This document shows positions 61,916 through 64,000 of a DNA stretch of 64,000 nucleotides, one piece after another. Origin of the DNA: an uncultured delta proteobacterium (GTDB taxonomy: Bacteria; Desulfobacterota; Zymogenia; Zymogenales; Zymogenaceae); assembly GCA_963735595.1 (NCBI GenBank), contig CAVTLK010000001.1, positions 128,001-192,000 on the forward strand. Direction: 5' to 3'. The notes under the pieces are model-generated. The model was not told the DNA's origin and ran no database searches. It saw only the letters and a program-made list of their open reading frames with translations. Within the stretch, counting starts at the first letter, position 1, and the number at the start of each line of letters is the position of its first letter. The position numbers were made by a program, and so were the translations under genes.

Positions 61916-63225
61916 AGACCCTTCCTTATTTTGTCAATAAATCGCTTGAATGCCGCGTCGAAACCGACCTTGAGCCGCCCTGGTGCTCCCTCGATTATGA
62001 CCGTGGCTGTCTTCTTGCCCGAAGAAATTCTCGCGCGGTAGCTTCCCATCGAGGTGACAACGGGAAAAAGAAACCCGATACAGATGAGTACGAAGCCGGA
62101 AAAGACCAACGGGAGTCCCGGCTCCTTGACGGCGGTAATGCCGGAGTAGGGAACTTCGTGGTAGTTCCTGAGGACAAAGACGAAATCACCGCCCCGCTCG
62201 CGATCGAATTCGGGGTAATTGACAAACGCCCAGAGGTCGCATTGCTGTTTCAAGTCGGTAACCAGAAGCTGAACCGCGGGGCCGAGATCCATGAACTCGG
62301 GGGAGTTCTGGACGATGGTGAACGTCAAATCGCGTCCGGGCACCGTGACGGGGACGGACCAGTAGGCATTTGTCGTGTAGATCGACCGACCCTGCCGATC
62401 CAGTATCTCGATTACGGCATAGTCCATCTCGTTACCGAAGCTGGTCTGGTAAAACCGGACGCCCTTGTATCGCGCGGGATGGTTAACGGTCAGCGAGGTG
62501 CTGGCCCGATCTTTTCCGTCGGTAATGGTGATATCGCTCCGGTATTCGCGGGGAGTACCGTCGTCGTAGCGCTCGAACGTAAAGCGGTCAAGCCCTAAGG
62601 AAAAATCGAGCATTATCAGGTGCTTGCGGTCTATGACCACCTCGCGGGACGTACCGCCCTCAATAACGATCATATCTCCCGAGAAACCGAAAAGCGATGA
62701 AAGCAGGCCGCCGAGGATGATCATCAGGATGCTGATATGAACGATGACGGCCCCCAGTGAAAAGACCGGGTGCGGCGACGAAACGACCGTCGTTTCGGCT
62801 GGACGGCTTATCACCACAGTCCGGCACAGGGGGCGTCTCAGGTGCTTCACGACGCCGTCGACCGTTTCCTTGGTCGATCGGCCCGAGACCAGCCGGTCTG
62901 AAAATGGATAGGACGGCTCTCTCCTCTCCCCTTTAAAAAGGGCCGCAATCCTGTTGGGGGCAAACGAAAGAGTGCACAGGGTGATATTGACGACCAACAG
63001 CATCAGCAGGGCGTTGAAGTAGCTGCTGTGATAGATATCGGTCACCGAAAAGAGCGCCATAATCCTATAGGCCGTATGTCCGAACCGCATAACATATTCT
63101 TCGGGAAGATCGTTCTGCCCCACGAGAGTGCCGAGCGCGGCAAGCACGGCGATCGCTATCAGGATAACGACGGTCAGCCGAACAGAGGAAAGGTAGTCTT
63201 TTATATCTTTGCCTATCTTTTTCAT
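61909..63225 (-). CDS. resB: System II cytochrome c biogenesis protein ResB/Ccs1
   Basis: LSSVRL, GTLVGQ, DIYHS, VHISIL, VNHP...FYQTSF, EPG. Confidence 0.88.
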   Translation of the reverse strand: MKKIGKDIKDYLSSVRLTVVILIAIAVLAALGTLVGQNDLPEEYVMRFGHTAYRIMALFSVTDIYHSSYFNALLMLLVVNITLCTLSFAPNRIAALFKGERREPSYPFSDRLVSGRSTKETVDGVVKHLRRPLCRTVVISRPAETTVVSSPHPVFSLGAVIVHISILMIILGGLLSSLFGFSGDMIVIEGGTSREVVIDRKHLIMLDFSLGLDRFTFERYDDGTPREYRSDITITDGKDRASTSLTVNHPARYKGVRFYQTSFGNEMDYAVIEILDRQGRSIYTTNAYWSVPVTVPGRDLTFTIVQNSPEFMDLGPAVQLLVTDLKQQCDLWAFVNYPEFDRERGGDFVFVLRNYHEVPYSGITAVKEPGLPLVFSGFVLICIGFLFPVVTSMGSYRARISSGKKTATVIIEGAPGRLKVGFDAAFKRFIDKIRKGLC

Positions 63226-63665
63226 TGAACACCGCTTGTGGTATGGCAGGAGTCACAGGCCAGGGAGAGGCGTTTGTTTCCGTGTTCTATCTCGGCCTTG
63301 TGGCAGCCGATGCAGAGCTTATGAAAGGCCACGGCGTCGGTGGGGGCGGCGGAGTCATCCAGGGGTAGATGGCATATAGAGCACTTCTCGGGGATCTGAT
63401 CCCGGGCCGTCGTATGGTGGCAGTCCGAACAGGACGCCTTGAAGTCCCCGGTGCTCCCGTGATCCTTGTGAACAAAGGTTACGGGGCCCGCCGTGCGATT
63501 ATACGCGGACAGCTCGACCGAATCAGGTCCGCGGGAAGTCTCAGCAGCGACGGAAAAGAGCGTACCTGCGGCCGCCATCAGAAAGAGGGCAGAAACGATA
63601 ATCGCGGTAATGCCGCCGATCGGGTGTCGCGTCTTTCGGTGATCCATGTCTGAGTTGATACTCAC
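63222..63665 (-). CDS. Tetraheme cytochrome c3 (class III) family protein
   Basis: Signal peptide; VTFVHKDH; four CxxCH motifs (CSDCHH, CSICH, CIGCH, CDSCH). Confidence 0.88.
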   Translation of the reverse strand: MSINSDMDHRKTRHPIGGITAIIVSALFLMAAAGTLFSVAAETSRGPDSVELSAYNRTAGPVTFVHKDHGSTGDFKASCSDCHHTTARDQIPEKCSICHLPLDDSAAPTDAVAFHKLCIGCHKAEIEHGNKRLSLACDSCHTTSGVQ

Positions 63666-64000
63666 TATTTCGCGATTTCCTGATCGGCGCGTTTCACGTC
63701 ATCGGCCATTTCAATCCTCAGGGCCTCCAGACGCCCACAGAGCGTTTCGTCGGAGAGTGCGAGGATCTGGGCAGCCAAGAGCGCCGCGTTTGTTGCCCCG
63801 GCCTGGCCGATGCCGACAGTAGCCACCGGTATTCCGGGAGGCATCTGGACGGTGGAAAGCAGGGCGTCGATTCCCAGGAGGCTGGACGAAGCAATGGGTA
63901 CGCCAATGACCGGAAGCGTTGTATGGGCGGCGATAACGCCGGCCAGGTGCGCCGCGTAGCCGGCGCCGGCTATTATTACGCCTATTCCCTGATCACGTGC
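63665..64000 (-). CDS. purE: N5-CAIR mutase, 3' part (possibly a fusion C-terminus); truncated by window edge
   Basis: Manual translation [27 protein letters not shown]...[18 protein letters not shown]. Confidence 0.92.
   Translation of the reverse strand, partial: ARDQGIGVIIAGAGYAAHLAGVIAAHTTLPVIGVPIASSSLLGIDALLSTVQMPPGIPVATVGIGQAGATNAALLAAQILALSDETLCGRLEALRIEMADDVKRADQEIAK

Noticed and set aside
1..64000. CRISPR arrays, rRNA, IS transposases, phage or defence genes, and long antisense ORFs in the track (e.g. 41595-42839)
   Set aside because: No repeat-spacer array or such genes were recognised; the antisense ORFs are shadows of real genes in GC-rich DNA.

Overview
About 64 kb of a GC-rich anaerobic bacterial chromosome, most likely Desulfobacterota/deltaproteobacterial (inferred from the tetraheme cytochrome c3 with ResB/CcsB biogenesis genes and the rplM-rpsI-argC-mfd-PPIase order). 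(1) An ~18 kb island with no integrase sits in tRNA-Thr(CGT): the intact tRNA is at 23701-23775 (-), an exact copy of its 3' 47 nt is at 5568-5614, and a degenerate third copy lies inside a ~240 bp att-only mini-element. Its cargo looks like an osmotic-stress module: a sigma54 activator with a D->N receiver, a tandem 20-bp candidate enhancer, a -24/-12 promoter, a KamA-like radical SAM, atypical receivers, two mechanosensitive-channel genes, a TreT-like glycosyltransferase, fused TPS/TPP and a ClC-CBS channel. (2) A Moco-family riboswitch lacking P3 (tungsten-cofactor type) precedes a structured leader and an NAD(P)-dependent aldehyde dehydrogenase, followed by a Hox-type [NiFe]-hydrogenase cluster without adjacent hoxEF. 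(3) Housekeeping genes include mrcA, three PPIases, mfd, argC, rpsI, rplM, feoAB, cytochrome c biogenesis and purE, plus a YmdB homologue that has lost its metal ligands. Genes at ~8.7-9, 24-29.2 and 51.7-55.9 kb are frameshifted in clusters, most simply explained by long-read indel errors. All protein calls come from motif recognition by eye; no database searches were run.
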